From the human T2T-CHM13v2.0 reference genome, Homo sapiens: a DNA stretch of 64,000 nucleotides. Positions 13,369-26,063 of this stretch are shown in pieces. The notes beneath the pieces are model-generated. The model was not told the origin of the DNA. It ran no database searches and worked only from the letters and a program-made list of their open reading frames with translations. A program made the position numbers and the translations under genes. Each line of letters begins with the position of its first letter. The first letter of the stretch is position 1. The stretch lies in NCBI RefSeq assembly GCF_009914755.1, contig NC_060929.1; one strand, 5' to 3'.

Positions 13369-13579
13369 GTCTAGAGGCACTTAAAGAATATCCAAAAATA
13401 AGCACAAATTTAAAAAGTAAAAATATTAACTGAAGAGGATTGTTGAAATGATGCTGACACCACAACTCATTCATATATAACATTCCAAAGCAGTAGTTTG
13501 TACCACTTATTTTCTTCACTAATAAGATTGTGGGCCTAAAAGCCATTTTATGTCATCGTTGTGATATATAAAGGTGTAA

Positions 13580-13893
13580 TTTTTTTTTTTTTTTTGAGAC
13601 GGAGTCTTGCTTAGTTGCCCAGGCTGGAGTGCAGTGGCATGAGATCTTGGCTCACTGCAAGCTCCGCCTCCTGGGTTCACGCCATTCTCCTGCCTCAGCC
13701 TCCCCAGTAGCTGGGACTACAGGCACCCGCCACCATGCCTGGCTAATTTTTTTTTTTTTTTTTTTTTGTATTTTTAGTAGAGATGGGGTTTCACCATGTT
13801 AGCCAGGATGGTCTCGATCTCCTGACCTTGTGATCCACCCACCTTGGCCTCCCAAAGTGCTGGGATTACAGGCGTGAGCCACTGTGCCCGGCC
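13580..13893 (-). mobile_element. AluY with TSD aaaggtgtaatttt
   Basis: Diagnostic 'ctgcaagctccgcc', 'ttcacgccattctcc' and 'tagccaggatggtctcgatctcc'; TSD at 13570-13583 and 13894-13907. Confidence 0.97.
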
Positions 13894-14493
13894 AAAGGTG
13901 TAATTTTAACACCCCTGAGCCTGTTAAGGATACGCAGGATGGGCCAGTTTTTCTCCCTTGCTTGGAATAAAACTACAGTGCAGTGTCCCTAGCATCATTC
14001 ATAAACCCAGCCCGATTTTTTCAGTGCAGGGAGTCATCCACCATTCCTGGCTTCCTGGAGCAACTTCCTGGTTGGTTGAACCAGAATATCTTTAAAGAGC
14101 TCTCCCATTATACAAATCTATGATTCAAATGCAATGATACATTTTAATGTATTTAATACATTCTGCCTAAGAAAAGCAGAAAAGAATTTGTCATGAAACT
14201 CCCCATGTCTTATGTTTTTTGGCTGAATATCAACATATTTGGTTTCAGGTTTTTGAAGGCACATTTTGGAAACTCTGAATGGGCTGTTTCCTTAGACAAA
14301 GATGTATTTGAATTTTTCTAGGCAAGTAACCAAATAAAATATATCCTGTAACATTTCAATAGTTCAGGCTAAGAATGAAACAAACACAGTTACTGATAAT
14401 AAATATTATCTAGCATCTGAAGAGGTGTATTACTTTCCTAAGGTTAATATCCATCCCCTCACCAGGGTTATTATTTCACCTGAACCTTAACAG

Positions 14494-15989
14494 TGATGTA
14501 ATGATGGCAGCCATGGCCCATCCGGAGTAACCACTGCTAAGATGCCAGCTGCAGCAGGGAAGGCATACCTGGGCTGTGTGATTCACAGAACCAGAGGGAG
14601 CCAGGAACTGGCAGAAGCTCACCTCTTCTGAGTTGGAGGGTTGGGAGCCCCATTCTCCCAGGTTTGGATACAGCTGCAGCTACCCAGCCACGGCTGTGGA
14701 CTTGGGCATTCCTGTGCTCTTGGACTCCCAGAAGTTGCCCCTGCCCCTGCAGGCTTGGAAATGCCTATTCCCTCTGCCCAGCCTGTCCCCACTCCTGGTG
14801 CCCACTGAGATTTCAGAGCAAAGTTGAGGGTGAGCCCTAGCACTGTTGCAACTGGCTGGGTGTGCACGTCCTCAGGGCAGTGCTGACACACCAGTCCCCT
14901 GCCACCTCAGCCTCCTTGGGACTTTGAGCACCAATGACCATGGGAGGAAGGCCAAGGGGGTGCTGAGGGTGGCTTGGCACCAGCCTGCAGGTGCCCCTCA
15001 ACACAAACAGCCTGCTGTTTGTGCAGGCTGAAAGTGGGGGAAGCCCCACTTTCAGGTCTGAGATGGCCTGAAGCCTGAGGGCAGGCTTCCAGTTCCATGG
15101 ATCAGAGTGAGAATTGATGGTGCTTTTTCTGGGCCTGCCCATGTCTGTCCATGGTCCAGTTAGCAGGCACTTCCTCTCCTCTGAAGCCCATAATAACCCT
15201 GGACTCAGCCAGACTCCCTGCGACAACCTGCCTGCAGAGAGGAGCTACCCACTGTGGGTCTCCTCTCTGCTAAGAGCTGAACACTCACTGGGATGCCCTG
15301 TCTGCAGAGAGGAGCTACTAACTGTCAGTCTCCTCTGAGCTGTTCTATTGCTCAATAAAGTACCTCTTCACCTTGCTTACTTTCCACATGTCCATGTGCC
15401 TTATTCTTCCTGGATGTGGGGCAAGAACTCAGGAACAACTGAATGGTGAGGCTGAAAGAGCTGTAACATGAACAGGGCTGAAACAGACCCCTTGCTTGTC
15501 ACAGTGCAGGTGATTAGAAGTAGACAAAAGAGAAGGAGAGAAGATCTGTGACCTGCTGGGGAACTCAGACTTAGGAACTCCCTGAGCCAGGGCTGTGACA
15601 CCCTCTATGCCGTTCCTGGCATCTCCAAGCTTCCAGGTGCCACCACATTCCTCAGTGCCAGCCATGGAAGCTGCTTGTGGTACACCTGGTCACAGCTTTG
15701 CAAGGAGCCAGTACCTATGCCAGCACCTGTAGCTGCCTACCCAGCAGAAGCCAGCATGCCTGGCTCTGCACAGTGGCTGGACCGCATGCTCGCTTGCTCA
15801 CACATCCCTCACTGGTCAGTGCTAGGCTCATCCTTGGCAGACATGAAATCCAGGCTGGTAGTTTGAGCTAAGCACTGCCTGCCAGGCCAGATGTAACAAG
15901 GCCAGTGGGCCCAAGAAAACTTGGGCAAAGGTGTCACTGGCCACAGAGGTTTCCAGCCAGAAAAGCAACACCGCAAGGATCCTGTGACA
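14494..15989 (+). mobile_element. Solo ERV1-class LTR, MER52-like
   Basis: GC-rich 1.5 kb with TG...CA termini, 'ctcaataaag' poly(A) signal near 15355, end 'tggccacagaggtttccagcc...aaggatcctgtgaca'; flanked by taacag on both sides. Confidence 0.8.
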
Positions 15990-16022
15990 TAACAGCCACG
16001 TACCAGACATCTTATTTAACAA

Positions 16023-16190
16023 TAAGAATGTTGAATATTGGCCCCCACTCTCTTCTGGCTTGTAGGGTTTCTGCAGAGAGATCTGCTATTAGTCTGATGG
16101 ACTTCCCTCTATAGGTAACCTGACCTTTCTCCATAGCTGCCCTTAACATTTTTTCCTTCGTTTAAACCTTGGAGAATCTGATGATTATGT
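16023..16190 (-). mobile_element. L1 ORF1 fragment, inverted 5' arm
   Basis: 'aagaatgttgaatattggcccccactctcttctggcttgtagggtttctgc' is antisense L1PA ORF1. Confidence 0.88.
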
Positions 16191-17428
16191 CTGGCTAGCC
16201 ATAAGCAGAAAAGTGAAACTGGACCCCTTCCTTATACCTTATACAAAAACTAACTCAAGATGGATTAAAGACTTAAATGTAAAGCCAAAAACCATAAAAA
16301 CCTTAGAAGAAAACCTAGGTAATACTGTTCAGGATATAGGCATGGACAAAGACTTCATGACTAAAACACCAAAAGCAATTGCAACAAAAGCCAGAATTGA
16401 CAAATGGGATCTAATTAAACTAAAGAGCTTCTGCACAGCAAAAGAAAATATTATCAGAGTGGACAGGCAACCTACAGAATGGGAGAAAATGTTTGCAAAC
16501 TATTCATCTGACAAAGGGCTAATATCCAGAATCTACAAGAGAATTTAAACAAATTTACAAGCAAACAACAAACAACCCCATCAAAAAGTGGGTGAAGGAT
16601 ATGAACAGACACTTCAAGAAGACATTTATGCAGCCAACAAACATATGAATAAAAGCTCATCATTACTGGTCATTAGAAAAATGCAAATCAAAACCACAAT
16701 GAAATACCATCTCACGCCATTTAGAATAGCAAACATTAAAAATTCAGGAAACAACAGATGCTGGAGAGGATGTGGAGAAATAGGAACGCTTTTACACTAT
16801 TGGTGGGAGTGTAAATTAGTTCAACCATTGGGGAAGACAGTGTGGCGATTCCTCAAGGATCTAGAACCAGAAATACCATTTGACCCAGAAATCCCATTAC
16901 TGGATATATACCCAAGGGATTATAAATCATTCTACTATAAAGACACATGCACATGTATGTTTACTGCAGCACTATTCACAATAGCAAATACTTGGAACCA
17001 ACCCAAATGCCCACCAATGATAGACTGGACAAAGAAAATGTGGCACATATAGACCATGGAATGCTATTCAGCCATAAAAAAGAAAGAGTTCATGTCCTTT
17101 GCAGGGAAATGGATGAAGCTGGAAACCGTCATTCTCAGCAAACTAACACAGGAACAGAAAACCAAACACCACATGTTCTCACTCATAAGTTGGAGCTGAA
17201 CAATGAGAACACATGGACACAGGGAGGGGAACATCACACACCGGGGGTCTGTCAGGGGGTGAGGGGCAAGGGGAGGGAGAACATTAGGGCAAGTACCTAA
17301 TGTATATGGGGCTTAAAACCTAAATGATGGGTTGATGGGTGCAGCATACCACCATGACATATATAAACCTATGTAACAAACCTGCACATTCTGCACATGT
17401 ATCCCAGAACTTAAAGTATAATAAAAAA
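16191..17428 (+). mobile_element. L1PA8-like 3' ORF2 plus 3' UTR
   Basis: ORF2 C-terminal peptides ([13 protein letters not shown]), 3' UTR 'gggcttaaaacct', A tail. Confidence 0.92.
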
Positions 17429-18820
17429 GAATATATACATGTATTTTATTATATTGTGTATGTATGTTCTATTGTGTATTTCCTACTATACATATTGAAA
17501 TATTTTTATTTTAGCTAACTTACCAGTATTTAAACCTGACACTTTAAATATTTAAAACGATGATATTCTAAGTTCTGCATAAATACAAACACATTAATAC
17601 AACAGGAATTCAAGGTTTCAGCCACTGTATTACATGGGCGCATCATAAACAAATGGCATGTTAAGTTCTACTGCCATCACAGTGACAGTATAAATAATGG
17701 AAACGTACAGCTAGGATTGCCAATTTGCTCAGTAATGATTAAAAATAAGTGAAGCATGCACCAGAAGTTGTAGGATCATAGATTGCTCAGAAAAGAAAGA
17801 ATAATAAATTTAGAAATATGCATCTACATTTTCATTTACTTTGTTTTTAAAAGATTTAAGTATTTAAAAAAGTGAAATTATTTTTAAAATATTTTTCTCT
17901 CCAGAAGTCTTTCTTTCACCTCTGTTAAGGTTCAGAAAACATAATTTAAACTACTTTTTAACTCACCCAAGCTGCTAAAGAAACCATGAAAAGATAACTT
18001 TCCTGAACACGTGTTTGCTTGCTTGCTTTCTACCTAGTAACAAACTCAAGGAGCAGATAACATGTCAAAAAAAGGTGGTATGTTCAGGTAAAATTTATTG
18101 GAACAATGAATTATTTTGCACTTTTATGAAGACAGTATTCAAGGAACAAGTGTTAGCAGATTCCTATATTGTTCATAACCTTTTAGAGCATGTTTCAAAA
18201 GAAACAATTTTTAAATTTGCTTCTTTATAGTATCTTAATATTTCTTTTTGTTTTGGTAGGTTTTGGCTTAGCATCTATCCTAATTAATCAAGGTTTTTGA
18301 ACCTAGAATATCTGTAGAAAAAGGTTTGTTTGCATGCATACATACCTGTCACATTCACAAGCACAGAGAATAAAGTGAAGGAAAGTATTCAGATATCTCA
18401 TCTGAACATGGTTGGAGAAACCAAACTGGAATCTTGAAGAGTAATGCAATTTAAACATATAGGTGTCAGAAATGCAAAAGGAGAACTAATAACAGGTGGA
18501 CTATAACTGCATTATAGTGCAAAGTCTGTCACCCTTTCAGAGAGTCACATTAGGGTGATACTCGATAGTTATTTTAGCAAATTTATAGATTAAAGAGATT
18601 ATCTTCCTACCTCAAGAAATGAATCATTAAATTCAAGGAACTATCACAAATGGATGGTATATTTTCACAGTGGTTCTCTTGGGAGTCTACAAAATTATTT
18701 GGTGTGGAGAGTTAGTGTTGTTTTGTTTTCTTCTATGAGGCCAGCCCAACAGATATTATCTAATATTTCCCTTCCACAGCTCCAGCTTTCCTACTTCCTG
18801 TGTCATAGCTTAGGTGGATG

Positions 18821-19123
<303 letters not shown>

Positions 19124-20111
19124 TGGTGTATGTTTCATAAACGTCAATGGACAGAACACTTACCTGGGAAGTGTGTTTAAAACAGAAATGATAGGTCTTA
19201 AATGGGTCTTTACCCTCAACCAATAATTCAGAATCAATGAACTAGGATCCTATGGCAAAGAGGTCACAAACCCTGTGATCAACTATGTTTTATGAACATG
19301 GAATTTAAAACTGCTTTCTTTCTTACTATAGGAATTTTTGGGGACTTCACTGGGATGATATGCCTTTTGAAACTTTAGAGGTGTAGAATTCAGAATCCTA
19401 TTTTTTAACAGAATGTCTATCAACATATTTCAAATTATAATTTTCTGTTTAGCTCTATGTTTATCAATATGTTAAATGGTTTTTCCTTGAAGTAAAATCA
19501 ACAACAAAACTTTTGTGTAAGATGAATTTTATTTCTTATCTCATATTCTAGTGGCAGATTATGCTCAAAATCCTGAAGTGTATTTTGGAATGCTCATGAC
19601 TCTTGAATATTTTCAATTTTATTAAAAACTTATTTCTAGTTATTTTCTGGTTTGTTCTTTTAGTTTACTGCAGTTTTGTGAATTGGCTAATTCACAAAAG
19701 TATTGAGACAATGAAAATAAATATAAACTTCTGACATGTTTAACATCTGGTAGTTAGATGTAAACATATGGATCAAGTGCAGATGTTTTCAGATATTTGG
19801 CTAAGTTCACCTGTGAATCATAAATCATGGTTACAACCAAATGCTGCATAGCTAAAATAAAGAAATAACTAAACAAACAAATGACAACTTGATGTAAAGT
19901 TTTTTTTTTTTAACAGAGAGAAGGATTTTGGGATTTTAAAAAACTACATTAGTACTCCATCTATTTGTGTCCCTAGTTTTTGTTGTTGTTTTTTCTTATA
20001 ACACTAATATTTTCTACTAAGATTATGAGAGAGTACAAACAAGATATCACATCTCAAATTCTGTTGCTGTCAAGTTATCCCTACACAGGATTATATACCC
20101 TGATGCCAGTA

Positions 20112-20349
20112 AGAGCTAATGCTTACTCAACGCTTACTCTGTACCAATGACTTTTCCAAGCGCTTACCATATATTAGCATATTTACACTCAAACCCTCCT
20201 CATGATATAGCTTATCTTATATTCATCCTTATTTTCAAGAAATAGTTGAGAAGCAGACTGTCTGAGACGCCCAACTTCACATGCTGGTGGTATCTAGGTC
20301 CATTTCCAAGATGTCTGACTCCAGAATCCACAGCCTGAATACACACTAT
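20112..20349 (-). mobile_element. MIR
   Basis: 'agctaatgcttactcaacgcttactctgtacca...gtctgactccagaatcc' pattern. Confidence 0.7.
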
Positions 20350-20759
20350 TGTGCTTAGTTTTGTTGATTCACTCGAATAGGCTATTCAGTTATGTAAAAA
20401 GACACTAACCTAGGTGTTGTTGGGAGAGTATTTTGTAGATGTGCTTAATATCTATAATCAGTTGACTTTAAGTTAAACAGATACCTCTGATAATGTGATG
20501 ATCCTCATCCAATTGTTGAAATGACTTAAGGATGAAAACAGTATTCCAGGAGAAGAAATTCTGCCTCAAGATTGAAGAATCATCTCCTGTTTGAGTTTCC
20601 AGCATGCCAGCATGTACTAAAAATTTAGGACTTGCCTGTATTATAGATTTCAAACTTGCCAGCTCCCCGTCACATGAACCAATTCCTTAAGATAAATTTC
20701 TTAGTACAAACACATGTATTTTATTGGTTTTCTTTCTTTAGAGAACTCTGACTGATACA
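20350..20759 (+). mobile_element. MLT2D-like ERVL LTR
   Basis: 'aatcagttgactttaagt', 'gaagaaattctgcctcaaga', 'ccaattccttaa', end 'gagaactctgactgataca'. Confidence 0.8.
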
Positions 20760-21039
20760 CATACCATGCTATAAAATGCCAAGATATATAATGTTTCTCT
20801 TCATTAACAAAAATGTGCCCTTACTGGCATATGCCAGCTACTAAATGCTTAAAAAAAAAATCTGTCCTTGTCACAGAGTAGTTCGTTATCAAAGAAACCT
20901 GGTATGCTGAGGTAAACTAATGCCTAAGTTATGTTCCAAGAACAAATTCTAATGTAATAGTCTGATGTTCATCCCATGAGATAGAGAATAGCCTACATTT
21001 ATTGATGGCTCTTTATGCTCTTCCCACTTGCTAAAATTC

Positions 21040-21275
21040 TACTTCTCTTTCAAGATCTGGCTTAGCCACATGTACTCCATTAAAGCCCTGCTGATTATCC
21101 AAGTAACATGGACTTTTCTCCCCCTTGAAATAACAGAGCATTTATTCTACACTTTTTATATTGTCCTCTAATTATTTATGACTGAGTATCTTTATTACAC
21201 ATCAGATTCTGAGTTCCTAAACCATGTCTCGCTAATATCCATAATGGATTTTAGCAGGTGATCCACTAAACAAGT
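21040..21275 (+). mobile_element. Degenerate L2 3' region
   Basis: 'tctttcaagatctggctt...aagccctgctga...agattctgagttcct' resembles an L2 3' end. Confidence 0.4.
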
Positions 21276-23549
21276 TTTCAGGAAGTACCTGTTGGTTTGT
21301 CAATTTGACTTGTAGTAACCTGGAATAAGCCTGTTTTTTAGAAATGCACCCTTTATGAGAATATCTGATTTGCTGTCTCAAAGCAATAATGCTCTATTCA
21401 AATGACATTGAAAACTTAAAATAGAGTATGGCATATTTATAGAGACAGAAAAACGGATGATCTTAAGACCACACACTAAACAGTAGCCCAAGAATGTGTC
21501 AAAGTTTCATTAAGATTTTCGGCTGCATATATGTTTTACATGTTATGCGTTACGTAGAATTGATTTTTAATTGATAAGGATTTCTGGTAATCCTTACATT
21601 GCTCTTTTTACATAGCTAATCACCATAAACATTTATTACCTTAATGATATTTTACATGATCTAATCATATTAGACTAGTGACATTCATGATATGTTTCTT
21701 CAAAGCTATTCACAAATATAAACATTCACTTTGTATTCTATTTTATGCTTTTGTGTATAAATCCTATGTGATAGCTGGGAGCCATCATTGGTAGTTAAAT
21801 TGATTTTCAGAGCCTTTCATATACAGAATAAAACTTAAATTTCCTTAAGGGAGTTTTCTACGTTCCAACAAGTAGTAGCTCATTGCAGTATACAAGGTAA
21901 CTATCAACTGAGCAATTTAATACTTGTACAGATTTTCAGCATTTGAGTGTCAAGTTTATTCCTCAAAAACATCTTACTTTACTACCTCTCAGGACTCAGT
22001 GACAGTATATTATTGATGAAAAGATATATGTCTTTTGTTTGGAATTATAAAAATCCAATGCACTAACCTAAGCTGAGGTGGCAAAAAATGGAATCTTAGG
22101 CTTTAGAGCTAGATATTTTTTTAAAAAAATTTTATTTTCTATTGTTTTCTTTTTAAAAATTCTATCATTACTCTGTCATCAATGTTTTTTAGTTAGGAGA
22201 TTTCACATAAAATTCTATATTTATAAGTTATTTAGTGATATCAAGATATTTGGCAATATGAATGTGTTCCTGCATGGCTAGCACTAAGTAAATTTTCTTT
22301 AAAGACAAACATTTTTCTTCCATTAATTCTAATCCTCATTTTATTCTATTACAACTGACTAAAGACAGTCATTGAAATGACCTGGCTGTGCTATAAGATT
22401 TTGAGGATAGTGACAAACTTTATCTATATTATTATTGTAGATTCAACTTTACCTTTAAGGCCTATCCTCTGATTCATGGCCCACCATATGTAAGAGTCTC
22501 ATATAAATAAATTTTTTGTGTCCCAACTCCTTTACTATCATCGTAGGTGTCATTAGTCTATAAAAGATAAAACTACGACTGAAGTCTCCTAATGCTTCAG
22601 AAGATAAAGGACATTTGCATAATGATACATTTGGATACACTGCCAACACTAACAATTTTAAAATTCATAATTTAAAAAATATTCTTACTGAATTAGTTGC
22701 TTCTATTTTCTCATTCTTATCACTGACAACTTCAGTTAGGGAGGAGCTGATACAGAGGTTTCAGAGTAACATGGTTAGTCTGAAAGTGCTAAATAGGTTA
22801 TTTAGCTCTTATTTTGCTTCAATTAATAGAAAGTCTTGTGTTTTCAATAACAAGGGAGCTTAAAATGAAGATGTAATTTCACCGATCATTAAGACATTGA
22901 AATGCAGAAATGGAAAAGTGACACTAGCCTAGTAGATAGCTCCAACATTTAGCATATCATGTTGGCTGACATGGTGTGACCGTGGCAAAGGAGGAATTGA
23001 TTAATTCATGAACAAAACAGGCTAGAAGATAACCCATAGTGTTAATTGTACTTATAAATAAAAACCAAAGACTTGTTAGTCCCCATGATCATTGTACCCA
23101 GGCACTTCATGTCTGATAGAATAATGCATGACACCATAGGTAGTTCCGCATACCATCTACAGAGCAACACTTTCATCTCTTATTACCTTAAACAATGCAG
23201 AATTGGTTCTGTATGGCAGTCATATTTTTGAAAAATGAAATAGAAATACCCAGTATTTAAAAATTGGGGAGTAGGCCACATACATCAAACATTTTGTGTA
23301 AGAGGTTTTGGGTTATTTTATTTTTTTTCATCCTCTAATAAAATTTAAGAGTGTTAGCCTGCCATTTCCAATTTCATGCTTGCATGCTGATTTTTCTAAC
23401 TACTTACCATTCTGTTTCAGACAAAGGAACAACAGGAGGACTAAAGTGTAGGAAATTTGTATTTTTCTAAGTAAAATTGATGCATCTCATTTATACACCA
23501 CACACAACATATGAGCAAAACTTTTAAGAAGGTTTTTATTCTTCAAAAG

Positions 23550-23740
23550 AAGAAATGTACAGCTTCTGGAATCGAAGACTCAGCTTCATTATTCATGAAC
23601 CAACAAATTTTATCTAAGTCATATAACCTGCCTGAGCTTCATTTGGCTTTTCTATAAAAAATAATAATAGAATAATAGAACACTTTACAGAATTATAGGA
23701 AACAAAAGTAGATATACAGATAAAGGCTACAAATGCCAAT
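23550..23740 (+). mobile_element. MIR
   Basis: 'aagtcatataacctgcctgagcttcatttggc...ctataaaaaataataatag...acagaattatagg'. Confidence 0.6.
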
Positions 23741-24602
23741 CTAAGTTATATATACTACAAATTACTATCATCTTAATGTTTTCTCACCTGAATCCTCCGG
23801 ATTTCTCTCAGCACTCCATCCCAGGACACTAAGTGTTACCACTTGGAATTCATGTTGACTGTGGTTTTGTCTACAAGAAAAAAAAATCCAAATCAAGAGG
23901 TTCTTCTTTTTCAATTTACTCTCCATAACAGCAAAATAAAGCTATACCTCATTCAATCAAGGTTATCCTAGGAACTTATCAAATAAACATTTATAGCTAA
24001 GTTGTTTCTGGATTAGGAACTGATTTAACACAAGAAAAAATAACAATGATAACTGCGATAATGAAAATAAATAAAATGTCAGGGTTCTTGAAATGGACAG
24101 CAGCCTTTTACATGTAAATTTATCACATATAAAACCATGTACATGTAAACTGACTTTATTTACAAACATCATCTCATATATCTCATAGATACCACCTTTA
24201 TTTTATTTTTTAAAATAATAGTTGTAATTTATTGAGATACTACTGTGCATAAAGATATTTTTAAATCTTACAAAGAGGTTAATAGTAATCATCATGTTTA
24301 AAAAATAAATAAAGCATTGAGAGTCAACTGTTACATAACCAGAAGCATAAGATGATAGAATAAAGGTTGTTTGAGTAGAAAATCCATGACTTATTAACAA
24401 TTGTGTATCAATTAGTGTGAAGAAAGTATGGTGATTATCAAGAAAAGGACATAACTGTCTTCAATTATTTTGAAAGGCTCATACAAAAGAATAATTAGTT
24501 TACATCTTCAGATTCAAATAGGAGAATTAGAACCAGTGAGTATTCGAAGATTAAAACAACAGATTTCTGCTAAATTAGAAGAAATCTGATAAGACTACAC
24601 AT

Positions 24603-24911
24603 TTAGAATGGAATTGGACTACCACTTGGCTGAGTAAAGATGTCTTTGCTCTGTGCCCTGAGGTTTACCATCATCTTTTGGATCATGGTGAAGACAAAAC
24701 AAATGGCAGCCATGGACAATTTGGAGAGTAAGAAGTACATAGGCTTGTGGAGGTGGGAGTCAGAACTGATGGCCAGGATAATGAGCAGGTTTCCAAGCAC
24801 TGTGACCAGGTTCATGGACAGAAACAGCCCAAGAAGGGGCTGCAGTTCTGGATCTCCTGAGAGGCTCAAAATGAGGAATTCTGAAAATTCTGCAAGGTGT
24901 TCTGATTGCAT
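24603..24911 (-). pseudogene. Truncated olfactory receptor family 7 pseudogene fragment (OR7D4-like N-terminus, TM1, TM2); orphan copy, exact locus not established
   Basis: ATG at 24911 gives [66 protein letters not shown]...AQSKDI, carrying the OR motifs GNLLII and LHxPMY and the family-7 'DPELQP...LFLSM' signature. Homology stops before TM3 (no MAYDR). OR7H2P is one named orphan family-7 pseudogene it could be (unverified). Confidence 0.93.
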
Positions 24912-24924
24912 GTAGCTGGCATGT

Positions 24925-24950
24925 CTGCTGGGGAAGGAGGCAAAAGCAAC
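24925..24950 (-). promoter_or_regulatory. Candidate splice acceptor (polypyrimidine tract plus CAGCAG) just 5' of the OR ATG
   Basis: Minus strand reads gttgcttttgcctccttccccagcag|acatgccagctacATG. Confidence 0.55.
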
Positions 24951-25349
24951 ATTCAATGAATAGCCAACTGGCACTTCACCTCATCATCACTTTACAGTAT
25001 CACCCTTAGATGGACATTTTTCATCCTCTTTGGAGTCCTCCTCAAAACTGTGATACCACCTTTATTATTTCATATCTATATAAACCCTGTATTATCACCT
25101 TTGTCTAAGTCATTCTACAACTAAGTGCTGGATCTGAGTTACCAGATAGTTTTTCATCACACAAAACTACCAAAAACAAGGAAATTCACACTCAGTGACT
25201 GTTAGCAGAAAACTTTTAAGAAGTTTTTCCTGACACAGTAGCGAAGTGCCTATCTGCTCACACTATACAGAGGGCTGGAATAACATTCAGGCGGGTCCAA
25301 GCATGGAATAGAGTGAGAATATGTGAAGCAAAAAACACCATCTTGTGCA

Positions 25350-25650
25350 TTAAGGTAATTTACTCTAGCTGTCCTAATAGACAGGTAAAAAAAATTTCAG
25401 CGACTTAACTATAAAAGTATATTTGTCACTCTTTATAGTCTGATGAAGATCAGGTATCTTTTCTTAGTCTCAAGACCTAGTTAAATCAACTGTAAAACAC
25501 GGTCCCATGGATACGTAGCAGGGAAAATGAGATATGAAAGAGACACACCAGCTACTACATGCTTGGATCTCAAAGTTACACATTCACTTCATTTAAAAAA
25601 TAGCCACATGGGACTATCTTTTTGAAAGGTAGGCTGAAATTACAGGTAAG
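25350..25650 (-). mobile_element. Old MLT1 (J/K/L-like) LTR remnant
   Basis: 'tttcagcgacttaac...aagtatatttgtcactc' and 'tagccacatgg...aggctgaaat' resemble old MLT1 LTRs. Confidence 0.45.
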
Positions 25651-25659
25651 TCATTGCTG

Positions 25660-26063
25660 TCATTTAACAGTAAGGAGAGGGACCACCTAACCCCATATTT
25701 GATGTAGATATATAGACTGGTGATACCACACATGCACCAAGAGGGCATAAACAGATTTCTTACTCATATAAGAAGGTTTTGAGGAAAGAATATGGGAAAG
25801 GCTCTCACATAATTCCAAGTAAGTGCAGATAGAGCCAAAATATCAGAGAGGAGTGACTGGCTTGGGGTTTTATAGTGGTGAAGGGATAAAGCTGCGCTAA
25901 AGGGTGCCTCACAAGAGCCAGGTTTCAGCTTCCTACCGTCACCAAATAAGAGAGCATGCAGGCTTTCTTATCAGCATTCCCAGCTGTGGGAAAGAAAGGG
26001 GAAATGGGGATTGAAAGATATCAGAAGTCAATCATCAAAATTAGAGTAAAATGCTTTATTATA
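25660..26063 (-). mobile_element. ERVL-class LTR (MER54/MER73/MER74-like group)
   Basis: Minus strand starts 'tataataaagcattttactctaattttgatgattgacttctga', then 'gctgataagaaagcc', TATA-like 'ctataaaacccc', and ends '...ccctctccttactgttaaa'. Confidence 0.65.

Noticed and set aside
14619-16114. Dense cluster of overlapping ORFs
   Set aside because: By-product of the GC-rich LTR (few stop codons); no recognisable domain.
24640-24915. 91-aa plus-strand ORF
   Set aside because: Antisense shadow of the OR coding fragment.
24912-24974. N-terminal extension of the OR ORF in the track
   Set aside because: Starts at GTG and runs through the polypyrimidine tract; OR homology starts at ATG 24911.
25643-25651. 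Perfect plus-strand splice donor cag|gtaagt
   Set aside because: Isolated, on the strand opposite the OR fragment, and expected by chance in 64 kb.
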